Of a DNA stretch of 64,000 nucleotides, positions 40,701 through 56,126 are shown piece by piece. Position 1 is the stretch's first letter; each line of letters opens with the position of its first letter. The position numbers and the translations under genes are program-made. A model generated the notes under the pieces. The model made no database searches. It worked only from the letters and a program-made list of their open reading frames with translations, and had not been told where the DNA came from. The DNA is from Helobdella robusta (Eukaryota): contig KB095858.1 in assembly GCA_000326865.1 (NCBI GenBank), positions 2,925,051 to 2,989,050 on the forward strand. Direction: 5' to 3'.

Positions 40701-41865
40701 CTACAACAACAACCAAATCCTTAAAAGTCCAATATCCATACAGTGTGTGCTGATGGTCATCAGCAAACTGATCCAACATCTGGGTCATTTCTTGGGTCCA
40801 TACTTAAACAACATAGTTCAAATGCTTTGCACTGTTTACACTCAAGATGATATCAAACACCAGTACTTAGATTATTTAATGAAAGTTTTGAGCATGTTAG
40901 CCAAGAATATTGACCTACGATTGTTTTTGCCATGTATAGTGAAAGCGTATGAAGAGCTTGTGAATAAGAATCCACGTGGTCTTTTCATTTTATTCAAATT
41001 GTTTCATGATTTAATGGAAAACGCCACCAAAGAAACCACAAATACATACCTGAAGATGATAACCGAGGTTGTCTTTTTGTTCTCAAGCCTCAGAGTTGAT
41101 GCTTCAGTTCTGAAAATGAATGAATTAATGGAGATCGAGAATATTTACACAGATTCAATTCTCTCATTCGTCGTCCATCTGTCAGAAGTTACTTTCAGAC
41201 CAATACTGCTAAAATTTTTCAACTCTCTAGACGACAATGTTGATAGATTGGTAACTTTTTACCATTTAATTTTCAAATTATCGCGCAAGCTGAAAGCCAT
41301 ATTTAACATTTTCGTCAGTATTCTTATAAAACAAATGGCTGATATCCTTGTTCAGCATGATACAAAGCTAACTGGTGATGATAATGTGACGGAATGCAAA
41401 ACGAAGTTACTGGTAAATTTTGTGCTGGACACCATAAGCGAATGTTATTTACATGACGTTGACAGTTCTTTGTCGTCTGGGACGGGAGATGCCCTGTTTA
41501 AACCCTTAATTAGTCAAATGGAAAATTATTCTGGCAATGATTCACTGTATGAAGAAACGATGACGCACCTGATTCCATGCATTGTTCAGCTAATGCTCTC
41601 CATAAAGGACAATGACCAACTTTTCAATCTGCACAAGCTGATTTGTCAACAGATGAAAAACTCAAACTCCAAGGTGAGAATGTCTGCCATTCGAACAATT
41701 AAAGATGTTGCAAGTGGAATGGGTTGCTCATATGAACTGCTCTTTCCAGAAACAGCACCCTACCTAGCTGAATTGTTGGAAGATGATTCTGAAGACGTTG
41801 TCAAGGAGAGTGAACATTTAAAGAAATTTCTTCAGAAAACAATTGATTTGGATACATTTTTTTAG
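37702..41865 (+). CDS. HEATR1: HEAT repeat-containing protein 1 / U3 snoRNP protein UTP10 ortholog, single uninterrupted 1387-aa ORF
   Basis: N-terminus MSLKEQLQKLAVPQS...VNKDLDNVIKQYLIELSPYFLTKPALKTLEWLVYKYQIH matches human HEATR1 MTSLAQQLQRLALPQS...LSPYFLLKPAQKCLEWLIHRF. C-terminus SKVRMSAIRTIK...LFPETAPYLAELLEDDSEDVVKESEHLKK matches the BP28CT-type C-terminal end. No internal stops over 4164 nt. Confidence 0.9.
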   Translation: MSLKEQLQKLAVPQSRHHLESQKSSLLFDSNEVASLDSEVVLELAISGLNALVALNKSFTKYEPLLFNKSFDRMIQGKKVNKDLDNVIKQYLIELSPYFLTKPALKTLEWLVYKYQIHQFNIDALLMTILPYHYSNMFVKVLTILDIQNPTNKWHWLYNCAKSGIPLPKSVLINHCKKDSLFLHSIFNYVDDYVEQFGRKSSHLNLFLEHVTHIGICLLNNVSEVTEEIVSVLIQFCIRGLKSKCLIWELSCYSILSSLTANVTLNFNNVLLLCRLIAKKHSNKLFKEAMCCLSVIVANQNGEYPDDLFKFLKLDDTNLLEIQTLNEMFDMRKFMNLLSKTNDKISVKKQKKSIKAKKISVENLEKVSPSGDFVSLPKSRDSLKCSETSDNNAQAIEQITELETKFLANQEDHSVIDALVNLAMSGDSFLFKHVKACFRKFALKHIHIFHVLNENNDLPKRKKLKSEKSPLNTKKIQTLLEMILVGKELDGSKEMCLVLNSLLSRLSGECSENMEYCIQLVLTIFSQIISTWKKSDVKKCNYENYINIEVLVNTLRQTKNFQTQQHVLLCLADCIVINQDQMLHNIVSIFTFMGDSLLQKDDLYTSQVMTKLIDVILSAVRQLPENSKKVDEILLDVFRVFVDARKHISQHRLIPLFKQLVGFDLDECLWKLLVLVIESNVRRRDATIVDLKGATTDKQMQNVDLDIIAVLLSNYTVETQLKTMNKLVKFLDEFISILVKSDSSIAIVDSSIKNFPQLCRMLIFNLNKIILSAVADKDFIMEFLCNMDKEVSNKEIESLFKELVNRFIIYMLKITEQQKTNISEKIYEKYYFSLMKIIHNTLEKINYLMPAHLFVDVMESLLNHEQASAQCQALELINSKLLQLEHSLSLRKSFECGLKLVPLLIISLEKEKSKLDAIYLKYHKQLCFMNLKMLCRYYGPENMNEFELLPEVINKILIRQDEANPALIDSSLLCLVDLIPVQKNKFFPHLKPMMIPFMNLYNNNQILKSPISIQCVLMVISKLIQHLGHFLGPYLNNIVQMLCTVYTQDDIKHQYLDYLMKVLSMLAKNIDLRLFLPCIVKAYEELVNKNPRGLFILFKLFHDLMENATKETTNTYLKMITEVVFLFSSLRVDASVLKMNELMEIENIYTDSILSFVVHLSEVTFRPILLKFFNSLDDNVDRLVTFYHLIFKLSRKLKAIFNIFVSILIKQMADILVQHDTKLTGDDNVTECKTKLLVNFVLDTISECYLHDVDSSLSSGTGDALFKPLISQMENYSGNDSLYEETMTHLIPCIVQLMLSIKDNDQLFNLHKLICQQMKNSNSKVRMSAIRTIKDVASGMGCSYELLFPETAPYLAELLEDDSEDVVKESEHLKKFLQKTIDLDTFF

Positions 41866-42657
41866 TTTTTTTTTTCTTATTTATTTGTACTTTCTTTTTA
41901 CTTTGTAATTTCTATTAATCGACACAGTTACTTGTTTGTTATAAATATCGTTAATAGATAATGTTAGTTTCTTCTGTTGTCAAAAAATTTCTTATGAAAA
42001 TACAGTTTTTTAGTTTCTTTCAAAAATTTGAATATTTACTGATGTTTTAAATAGCATGTTAACGCTTGGTCAATGTAGCGGATTGGAACGTGAGCGCTGG
42101 TTTTAAAATTATAAATAGAATTAAAATGCTGGCAGCGAGGGTGATTGTGTCTGGTGGGATGACAATTGATGAAGCATAACTCATCTGATTGGCAATTAGG
42201 ATGTTTTATTAGCTGATTGTGTAATTTTCATAGTGCAAATCCTGCGGATGAAGTGGAACGTAATGAAATGCTTAAAATTTTGGTTGGGCAGTAAAAAATA
42301 CTTGGCATGGTGGTAATAGTAAAAAAATTTGCTCTACAGGTACGTTCTAGTGATGCGATTGATGCATCCTAAGACAATTCAAAAACGTTTATTAGATTAT
42401 TCAGTTTATAAATGTTATACTGAGTGGTATATGTGTGAATAGCTATTTAACTTGTTTAACATTCATATGGAACCCACCCTTAAACTGGCCTACCAAATAC
42501 TTGACATAGATTGCTTTTGACTTTTGATGGTAGGTGAAGTTAAAGGTCACCTGGTAACAAACGACGTTCAAGCGAACGAATCTTGTACAAGATTTAAAAG
42601 AGGTTGTTCATTAATTCGCTGCGTTCGAACATTATTTTTTTTTAAATAACATTTAAC

Positions 42658-47518
<4,861 letters not shown>

Positions 47519-47521
47519 ATT

Positions 47522-47527
47522 AATAAA
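47522..47527 (+). terminator. MMUT: AATAAA polyadenylation signal for MMUT
   Basis: Lies 4 nt after the TAA stop. Confidence 0.5.
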
Positions 47528-49570
47528 TTATGATAATGAGTCGATTAATTGTTAATGATATTGACAAAATTATGATAATGGGTCGGTTAATTGTTAGTAA
47601 CATTAATTAACCAAATGCACGGACGTGAAATGCGATTTATCATGAAAGCATTGAAAACTTTTCTACTTGACAACTCTAGTTAGCTAGTTGATTCTAACAA
47701 TTTTTTTGGTATTTATATTCTGAATATTAATCAACTAATAATTATATTTTAAAAAATATTTTATTAAGCTACAATACTTTTCAAATTTATTTATTAATTT
47801 ATACTTACCTTTTTCCTGATTCTAAGTTTGTTTCTTTGTAGTTGCAGATATGTTAGAAACTTTTTATTTTGCCGGGAATTCAAAATCTTCGAAATTTTTG
47901 CTAGGACTTGTTAATATTATCACATTGTCGTTTTTGTTTCGTTACCGCTCAGATGGGAGAGAGAATGAAATAATCATATTCTAAGTCATGTGCCTTATTA
48001 TTAACGTTTCGAATTCAATACGAAACTATTTCTTTGTTTTTTAATTTATTTATGGAGTATTTTTCTACTGTTTGATCGGCATGGTTTATATTTCTCCACA
48101 TCAGTAGTTGTTTTTTCATCCATCTCAAATCAAATATATCGAATCGTCACATATTAATTAATGTTTAATATTTCATTTGTTATCAATTTTGTTCAAAGTT
48201 CTGACAAAATGTATTGAATTATTTCCTTTAGTCGACAAAATTATGTGAAAAATCAATTATGTATTTTATTTATTTGTACAGAAACGTTACATTTCTTTTT
48301 TTATTTTCAACATTTTAAAGAAATAAAACTTCATACAAATTGTCGCGATTGGTGTAGTGAACAACCGTAATGATAGTGTAAAACGATTACAGAAGTCTCT
48401 GCTATTAATCTTACACATGTGTATGTTGATACATACATTTGTATGTTGATACATATATTTGTATGTTGATACATATGGTGTATGTTCACGAAACTGATTA
48501 GGCATAAAGCTGTTATATATTTTAGACAGATTTTAAAGAAATTCGTCATTCAGATCAAAATTTAAATTAATTTCAACACAACGTGACAATATGAATAAAA
48601 GAATCACTACAGACATGTTGTAGTGACCATGAATACAGAAACATACATGCATATAATTCAGATACAGACTTATAAGATAAAGAAATATAGATATAGTTTT
48701 TATATCGCCGGCTGAAAAACAAGAATAAAAAGCACATAACGAAGCTCTGCCTGTCTTATCATTGAAAAATGTTTAAAAATATTCACGATAATCTATAAAA
48801 ATTGTCGAGTTTAACATTAATTAATTAATTAATTCAATATTCGTGTAAACTTCAGGCATAGAATTGAACCATTCTTTGAACGTAAGCTACAGATAATAAA
48901 AAACTATCAAAATGTAATGAAAAAAATCTCTTAAATAATAATGAAAAATTATTATCGATGGTTATAATAATATTATTAATAATATTAATATTGCAAACTC
49001 AATCAATGATGACTTATTAGCAGCACACACGCTTTCAATGTGAGTGTACATATATCGAAAGATTATGAAACTGATTTTTAAAACTGCTCGTGTAGATTCA
49101 ACACACTCATTATAACCACAAACTCAAGTAAATATCTTTAATATACCGAACAAATATCTCATCCAATCACATTCGCACAATAATTAATACAAACTCAAAA
49201 CTAATTTAGATAATATATCGGGGGGCTCTATCTAGGCAAATTCAATTGGGGGATGGGCAAGGTTTGACGGAGAGACAAAAACCGGAAACTTTGAAAAACC
49301 GTGTTTTATGTATAAAAATCAATCGAACAACATATATTGGGGAAATTTTTGAAAAATTGTAACAAAATGGCATGCCCTGGGTCACCACCCTAAATACCCA
49401 CTGCAGATAATACGGTAAAACTAATATATTACAAATAATTGGTAAAATAATTAGATAACATAATAAAAGTCTTTATTTATGAAGAGCGAACTTGTTTATT
49501 TGTTAGTATAACATTGTTGAAGAATTATTTAAAGTTTCCGATATATATATATATATATATATATATCTTA

Positions 49571-49604
<34 letters not shown>

Positions 49605-49928
49605 ATATTTGTTGATACAAAATGTAATTCATAAAAGATACTTAAAATCATATAGAAAAATATGTGTTACATTGCATAGTGAACCTATGGAATGTATTTT
49701 GAATATATGTATGTAGGTGCATATGAATGTGTAGGTACCTGCGAATGAATCAGATCACAATAGCATCATTATTAATATTACACTGGTTTGTACGGATGGA
49801 TGTGGTATGATGTCTGTGTTGAATAACATGGAATTTCATTTGATCATCTTAAATTTGAATGAATTAAATCACAATTCAAAGAGAGAGAAAAAATTAAGAG
49901 TGTTCTGACGCTATTATCTACCTACCAT

Positions 49929-49995
<67 letters not shown>

Positions 49996-50038
49996 TGTAT
50001 ATATATTCGTAATTATAACAAATGATATGGAAGAATAA

Positions 50039-50110
<72 letters not shown>

Positions 50111-52599
50111 ACAAATTTCAATTTAGTTAAGAATAGATGACGAAAAGAAGGAAGGAATAGAAATACAATGTGAGTTATCACTGTCAGCCATCAGCAGACA
50201 CATACATACCAAGGACACATTGTAGTGAACGACGAACAAACAAACAAACGAACGAACGAACAAATAAACAAACACTTTGAAAAATGACAACCGACACTGT
50301 TTAACATTGCTAATTCTAGAGATTGCTAATTCTAGAGAGTTGAAATGAAAAATTTAAAAAAATAATTCACATGTAAAAACTCTTCTCAATCTCACAATTC
50401 AATATAGAAATGAACGATTCGTTGTAAAAGAAAATTTAAAAAAAAATGAAACGGAAACGTTCACATTCGTTGCTCATAAATTTAGCTTACAATATATCCA
50501 TATATGTAATAATTAAACATTGATATATGCGTACAATGTATGTATATTGTACTAAACAATCATATGTGTACAATAATTATATAACCGTACGTACAAAAAC
50601 GTGTACCGTAAAAGTTCAAATATGTACTTTTCCTACATACCATTGATGTCATTTGTTGTTAGTTTGATATCACATGTTAATAACTAAAACTAAAACATAC
50701 TTGTGTGTGGGTGTATGTGGGTGTGTGTGTGTGTACATGTATACACGTGTGTATATGTATGCAAGTGAGTGTGTGTTTGTGTGCGTGATAGTGTTAGTGT
50801 CAACTTTTACAATCTAAATCAGAGTATCTACAAATGGTATGTCTTTGATATTAATCTATATCAGAAGAAACAAGTGATTTCATTAACACGAAAATTAAAA
50901 GTAGTCAAAAATGTTGTGAGAGAAAAACTTCAAGAAGATAGAACAGAGCAATGGCAATTACATTGATGGTGATTACAAAGATGATAATAACGACGACTAT
51001 GGTGAAAATGGACGACGATGATGATAGTTGTGATGATAAAATGATAAAGAGATTATAGTGATAGTAACAATAAATGAAGGCCCATTGTGCAAGCGATAGG
51101 GATAAAAGTAACATACAAGTACACAAAAATATATACTAATTAATTAATTTATTAATAAAAACATTAATTAATTAATTAATTAATTATCAATTAATATCAA
51201 TTAAACCCAATTAATCAATTAAACGATAATAATATCAATTGGTCAAAATAAAATCAAAAAATTAGTCACATTCTAACTAATGAGGCAAATGTCACATGAA
51301 TTCTTTCAAACTAGCCAAAAAAGCAATATTTAGTTGAACGTATCTCAATATAAAATTGATATGATTTTTAAAAATTCGCGTGTGAGTGTTTGTGTGTGTG
51401 TGTTTGTGTGTGTGTGTGGCGTGTATGTGTGTGTGAAAATGAAAAGAAATCGTGAAAATTAAAATGTTACAGTAATTGAAAATGTAATAAATAAATAAAG
51501 TAAAATAGAATATAAATCTCATTGGGGAAAGTGATTTAGTGATGTGTATCATCATGTCAGTCAACTGAACAAACTTTTATAAAATACCAACCAACCAGTC
51601 AACCAACCATGCAATTAAACAATCAGCCAGCCAGCCAACCAACTAACCAACCAGTCAACTAGCCAATCAATCATGCAATCGAACAATCAGTCAACCAGCC
51701 AGCCAGCCGGCCAACCAATCAGTCAACCATCTAATGGAATTGTGACTCGATGGCCAGTATCTGAGGGCATTCGACCATCGCTCTAGACACCAGTAACTGC
51801 ATGTACTCCTTCAATCTGGAACATTCTTCCGAGAGCTCTATGGACGATGATGATGATGATAAAATAATAATAATAATAACAATGCGATAATAATGATGGT
51901 ATGATGATAATAATGATGATGATGACGATGATGGCGATAATAATGGTGAAAGACAAAAAATGATATAAACAGACATACTCTTGTTGTTGGAGACCAGCTC
52001 TTCAATTTCCCGATCACGAACTTTTAATTTATTCTCAAGGACTGTAGATGTCCAACGACGAAATTATAACATAACAATTAATATCAAAATTATTTTTTCT
52101 ATAATTACTATTATTATTATAATTATTATAATTATTGTTATTATTATTAACAATTATTGTCAAGATGAAAATAAACACCAATCCTACATTACAATTGAAA
52201 TCCAAACATCATTACATTGCATTCAATGCGTTGCAGTTAAGGCTATTAATACTGCTACTACATTCTAGTAGGTGAGTAAATAATATAATGTAGAAGTAGA
52301 GGTAGTAGTAGTACTAGCGGCAGTATTGTGGTAGCCGCAGCAGCAGTAGTAGTAGTAGTAGTAGCAGTAGTAATAATAGTAGTAGCCGCAGCAGTAGTAG
52401 TGGTAGTAGTAGTTGTAGTAGTAGTAGTAGCAGCAGCAGTAGTAATGATAGAAGTATAAAAAAATAACACAATTGATTTACTTGTGATTTGGTCTAGTTC
52501 TCTTGTCCTTTGCTGTTAGAAACGATGAATTAGATTGAATTACATACAATGAAACAAAAAATGACTATAAATGATTCATGTGAAAAGTTAATAACGCTT

Positions 52600-52810
52600 T
52601 ATGCAACTTGAATGATGAAACACAGGTGACATATGTACGCCATTGAAAAAGAATACATAGCGTATACATAATAGAATACATAATGTATGCATAATAGAAT
52701 ATACAAAGAATACATAATGTATACATAATAGAATATACAACGAATACATAATGTATGCATAATAGAATACACAAAGAATACATAACGTTTACATAATAGA
52801 ATACATAAAG
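52600..52810. repeat. About 44-bp minisatellite, about 4 copies (gaatacataatgtatrcataatagaatayacaaa)
   Basis: Seen directly. Confidence 0.75.
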
Positions 52811-52939
52811 AATACAAAATAATATATATATTATTTAAATGGTATTTCATTCATATATATACTGCTTCATATATTTCCAAAAATTAACCAAAGAACTAGC
52901 TAACACGAGAATGAACCAAAAGTGACTCAGCCAAATCAG

Positions 52940-53035
52940 GAATGAATGAATGAATGAATGAATGAATGAATGAATGAATGAATGAATGAATGAATGAATA
53001 GACGAATGAATGAATGAATGAATGAATGAATGATT
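52940..53035. repeat. Near-pure (TGAA)n microsatellite, about 23 units
   Basis: Seen directly. Confidence 0.9.
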
Positions 53036-53664
53036 GAAAAAACTATTGAACAATTATTGAATAATGAATCATTCAAAATTGCTCCTAAATAGCAAAAAAG
53101 CTACTAACGATTGGTTGAATTTCCACAATGGGAGGGGCTACAGACGATCTTGAACTTGTTGACGTCGTCAATGCAGATGGCTTAACAGCATTTGTGTTGC
53201 TGCTATACAATGAAGATGACGTCAAAGTTGATAATGTCATTGGTGTCGTTGTTGTTGTCGGTCTCACGGCGGTTGCTCCTGCTGTTGCAGAGTTCAATAT
53301 TGTTGCTGCTGCTGCTGTTCCGTGCTGTGTGAAATGTATCGCTGTTGTCGCCGCTTTTGTCGCTGAGACTTCATGTGAAATAGGAGAGGCGTTAGATTTT
53401 TGGGCTGCTGAATGCGTTTCATTGAAAATTAAATTGAATTAGCGCGAAAACCAGCTGGGTAAAAATACGTCAAGTCTTATTAAAAAAAAATTTCATCTTT
53501 CAATCATTTAACAATTTTTTCACAACACTTCATAAAAACTTTCAAGATAAAAATTTAATCGGAAATATTTCAACAATTTATCATCCAGTGATTTTTAATA
53601 AATATAAAAAGAAAAAAATTCGTCTATGAGATAGATTAGAAACATAAGCAGAGCGCAGACTTAC

Positions 53665-53938
53665 AGTACGAGACGCCAGCATATTCATCGTGAACTTTGT
53701 TCAAGCCATTTACATCCTCCTCCTTCTCTTTCACTTGATCTCTGACATGGACGACACCCTCCTTTGGTCTCTGGTTGTCATCAATGAACTTGAATTCCAC
53801 CAGGGATACGCCTACCCCACCGGAAATAGTTTCCACCATGATGGAGCCCCAGGTCGGCTTGCTGACAGGTCCAACGTGACAAATTATTTTCGACGGAGAC
53901 TCGTACTCCAGTGTATTTATGTAATCCTTTCCACAGAC
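53665..53938 (-). CDS. IPT/TIG domain 2 exon b (VCGKDYINTLEYESPSKIICHVGPVSKPTWGSIMVETISGGVGVSLVEFKFIDD...HDEYAGVSY)
   Basis: Acceptor ctctgcag|GTCTGTGG. Strong donor T|gtaagt at 53664-53659. The downstream continuation was not identified. Confidence 0.65.
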
Positions 53939-56126
53939 CTGCAGAGTTGGCAATGCTTGAATTTTTGAATCATTTTGAAAGAGGTAGGCAACATAACAGA
54001 CTTATAAATTTACAGTTAATAATGTAATACAAATAAGCTGGGAAGGAAAATGAAATAAAACAGAAACCATGATCTTCAAGATGTCCACGTTGGAATCTCC
54101 CAGATGTGCCCCTCTTATGGTCAACTTGGTGGGCTTGTAGTAGGGGGCTTCCTTCGGCGACACCCCCGTTATTTCCGGCTTCAATATCGGCTCCTTCTCA
54201 AATGAGGATGATGAGGAGATAGACTCAGCTACGGCCATTGTCGTTTCTGGAGAATCTTTATCCTTACTCAGCGTCCACAAACTTTTTGATCTTTGGTTCT
54301 TCAAGTCAATATGGCTCTGATGGTAAATGATGTAAATGACTGATTAATTTCAAATAATTAACAACAAATAATTAAAATTAAACGAACTTCAATTGTTACA
54401 TTAAAAAATAGTAAAATATAATACAATAGATGATAACTCAGTGATAATACAAATAAAACGTTGATAAAAAAAAAGAGAGGAAAGACCTTCTTCAAGCTGC
54501 CATGAGGACTGCTGCTGTCATTGCTGCTCCTTCTGCTGTCATTTGATAGGAAACTACCCGACGCTTCAACAGCTTCTCTTCCCTCAAAAACTTGTGGAGG
54601 ATTCACGAAACAAAACTGCACCAGGGACACACCTCTGCCCCCTGACTGAGTCTCAACGGATACATTACCAGAACCTGCCTTCCAAGGTTTCGTCGTGCAG
54701 ATCAGTTTATTCGATGATATGTACTCCAGGCTGGAAAGAACATTTGATCCACACACATACAAACCAATCACATCCTCTTTGTTTCGACCCAAATTTTGAC
54801 CTCTTATTGTCAATTTGGTTCCTCCATTCAATGGGCCTTCTTTTGGTGAAACTCCAGAGACCTGGGGCAGAGTAGAAAAACGCTTTGTTTGATTTTATGT
54901 AACGTTCATAGTATTTATACTATGTAGCGCATGAGTCAATAATTTTTTATTAGTTGGAATATAATTGGGTGCAAAAGGTACGACATCATTTGGGAGATGG
55001 CAGAGAGATCAGTAAGAGTGCAAAACTGAACAAACTTCTGGTTTAATATTTGATCCACTATCACAGGAGTTGTTATTAAAGGTCATGAGTTTGGAATCAT
55101 CACTGATGTTTTGAGGTCCTTGTGACATGCTTGGACTGAAAAACTCTTGAATGTTACTGAATGATTTGCGCTTCGTTGCATATAAGTTGGAAGACCTATG
55201 TGATGAAAAGTTATAAAGATTAATGATTTACAATGATGGAGATATATTCAACTGTTATTGAAATTCCTGAAAATTTAACTATCAATCAAGAATTTTCAAT
55301 GAATACTTTTTAAGTATGACAGTTCAACTAATTCAAAGACATTAAAAAATATTATCAACACCATTTGTAAACCAAAAAATATTTTTGAAAACAGAAAAAA
55401 GCACACGTTTTAAGCCATATTTTTCAAGCAGACAAAAAACTAACGGATCTGCCAGTTGCATCTGTTGTTTGTTACCAGAACTTTCATTTTTATGCCCAGA
55501 ATATAGCAGCTTATCTTTGATCTTGGAGAGGCCAAGAGGTAGCATGGACTTCTTCCAGCTGTCAACACTCTTTGCATCGTCCTCATTAATTTTCTTGTAC
55601 ATGGAGATCCATGCCTTGAAATTGAGTTCCCCGCATGCTGCAGTGTTTTTCTTATATGGCTGGAATGGAATGGTCCTGAAGGCATCTTGAGGGTTGTTTG
55701 GGAGGTCGTAGATGGGTACAATGATCTGCCCCAACGTGTCCCCTGAATGTTTTTCCACAACTTTGAAGGAGAGAGAAGAAGTTGGATCTGATACGTTGCT
55801 GTGCAATAGGAAAAGTTATTATATAACTTGCATTTTAAAAAATATTTCAAAAATGTTTTTTTCAAATTAACAAATTTAGTATTTAAGAAAGAGCTGATAT
55901 AAAACTATTCAATGTATTACCCATCACTGTCACAATATCATTGAAATTATTATTATTAAAAAAAAAACAGTTGATATAATTACATTTCCATCTCAGTGTT
56001 AAATGTTGGACAGCCGTGAAAGTCTTCAACAGTATCTGTTTTGAACTTCTTAGAGCCAACGCCGAACACAACTGTGAACTTACAGTGCTCATCTGTAGTG
56101 GCATGTTCATTCAGAAATAAGAACAT
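53665..56126 (-). CDS. Partial gene, 3' end not found: N-terminal C2-like domain followed by two tandem Sec5/EXOC2-like IPT/TIG domains (at least 6 exons)
   Basis: Minus-strand exons with consistent phases. IPT1 (VSGVSPKEGPLNGGTKLTIRGQNLG...SGGRGVSLVQFCF) and IPT2 (ITGVSPKEAPYYKPTKLTIRGAHLG...ISGGVGVSLVEFKF) both resemble the human EXOC2 N-terminal Ral-binding IPT domain (PLVTGISPNEG..TKVTIRGENLG..TKSGGRGTSTVSFKLL). Upstream exons encode a C2-like fold (KFTVVFGVGSKKFKTDTVEDFHGCPTFNTEME / LSFKVVEKHSGDTLGQIIVPIYDLPNN). Confidence 0.6.
54068..54316 (-). CDS. IPT/TIG domain 2 exon a (SHIDLKNQRSKSLW...PEITGVSPKEAPYYKPTKLTIRGAHLGDSNVDILKIM)
   Basis: Acceptor taccatcag|. Donor ATG|gtttct. The 5' boundary may be off by about 1 nt. 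Confidence 0.6.
54487..54861 (-). CDS. IPT/TIG domain 1 exon (Sec5-like)
   Basis: Acceptor tgccccag|GTCTCTGGAG. Donor AAG|gtcttt (weak). Part of the listed ORF 54358-54831. Confidence 0.65.
55036..55195 (-). CDS. Linker exon (PSSNLYATKRKSFSNIQEFFSPSMSQGPQNISDDSKLMTFNNNSCDSGSNIKPE); contains an in-frame ATG that could be an alternative Sec5-like start
   Basis: Acceptor cacatag|. Donor GAA|gtttgt. Only this frame is open. Confidence 0.45.
55445..55798 (-). CDS. C2-like domain exon b (NVSDPTSSLSFKVVEKHSGDTLGQIIVPIYDLPNN...NKQQMQLAD)
   Basis: Acceptor ttgcacag|. Donor CC|gttagt, phase 2. Part of the listed ORF 55342-55806. Confidence 0.55.
55984..56126 (-). CDS. C2-like domain exon a (MFLFLNEHATTDEHCKFTVVFGVGSKKFKTDTVEDFHGCPTFNTEME)
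   Basis: In-frame ATG at 56126-56124. Donor AT|gtaatt, phase 2. The overlapping listed ORF is in a different, low-complexity frame. Confidence 0.45.

Noticed and set aside
47801-47812. ATACTTACCT, identical to the 5' end of U1 snRNA
   Set aside because: Only 10 nt match and the downstream sequence does not continue as U1. It is just the complement of a splice-donor consensus.
53085-53442. ORFs 53128-53442 (+) and 53085-53297 (-), Ala/Val/Thr-rich
   Set aside because: Low-complexity GTT/GCT-rich tract with no domain signature. Considered as a possible downstream Sec5 exon, but there is no similarity.
55883-56110. Listed 75-aa - ORF (MNMPLQMSTVSSQLCSALALRSS...)
   Set aside because: It is in a different frame from the C2-like exon sharing the same DNA. 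The alternative frame (KFTVVFGVGSKKFKTDTVEDFHGCPTFNTEME) is domain-like and splices in phase to the next exon, so the listed ORF is judged to be the wrong frame.
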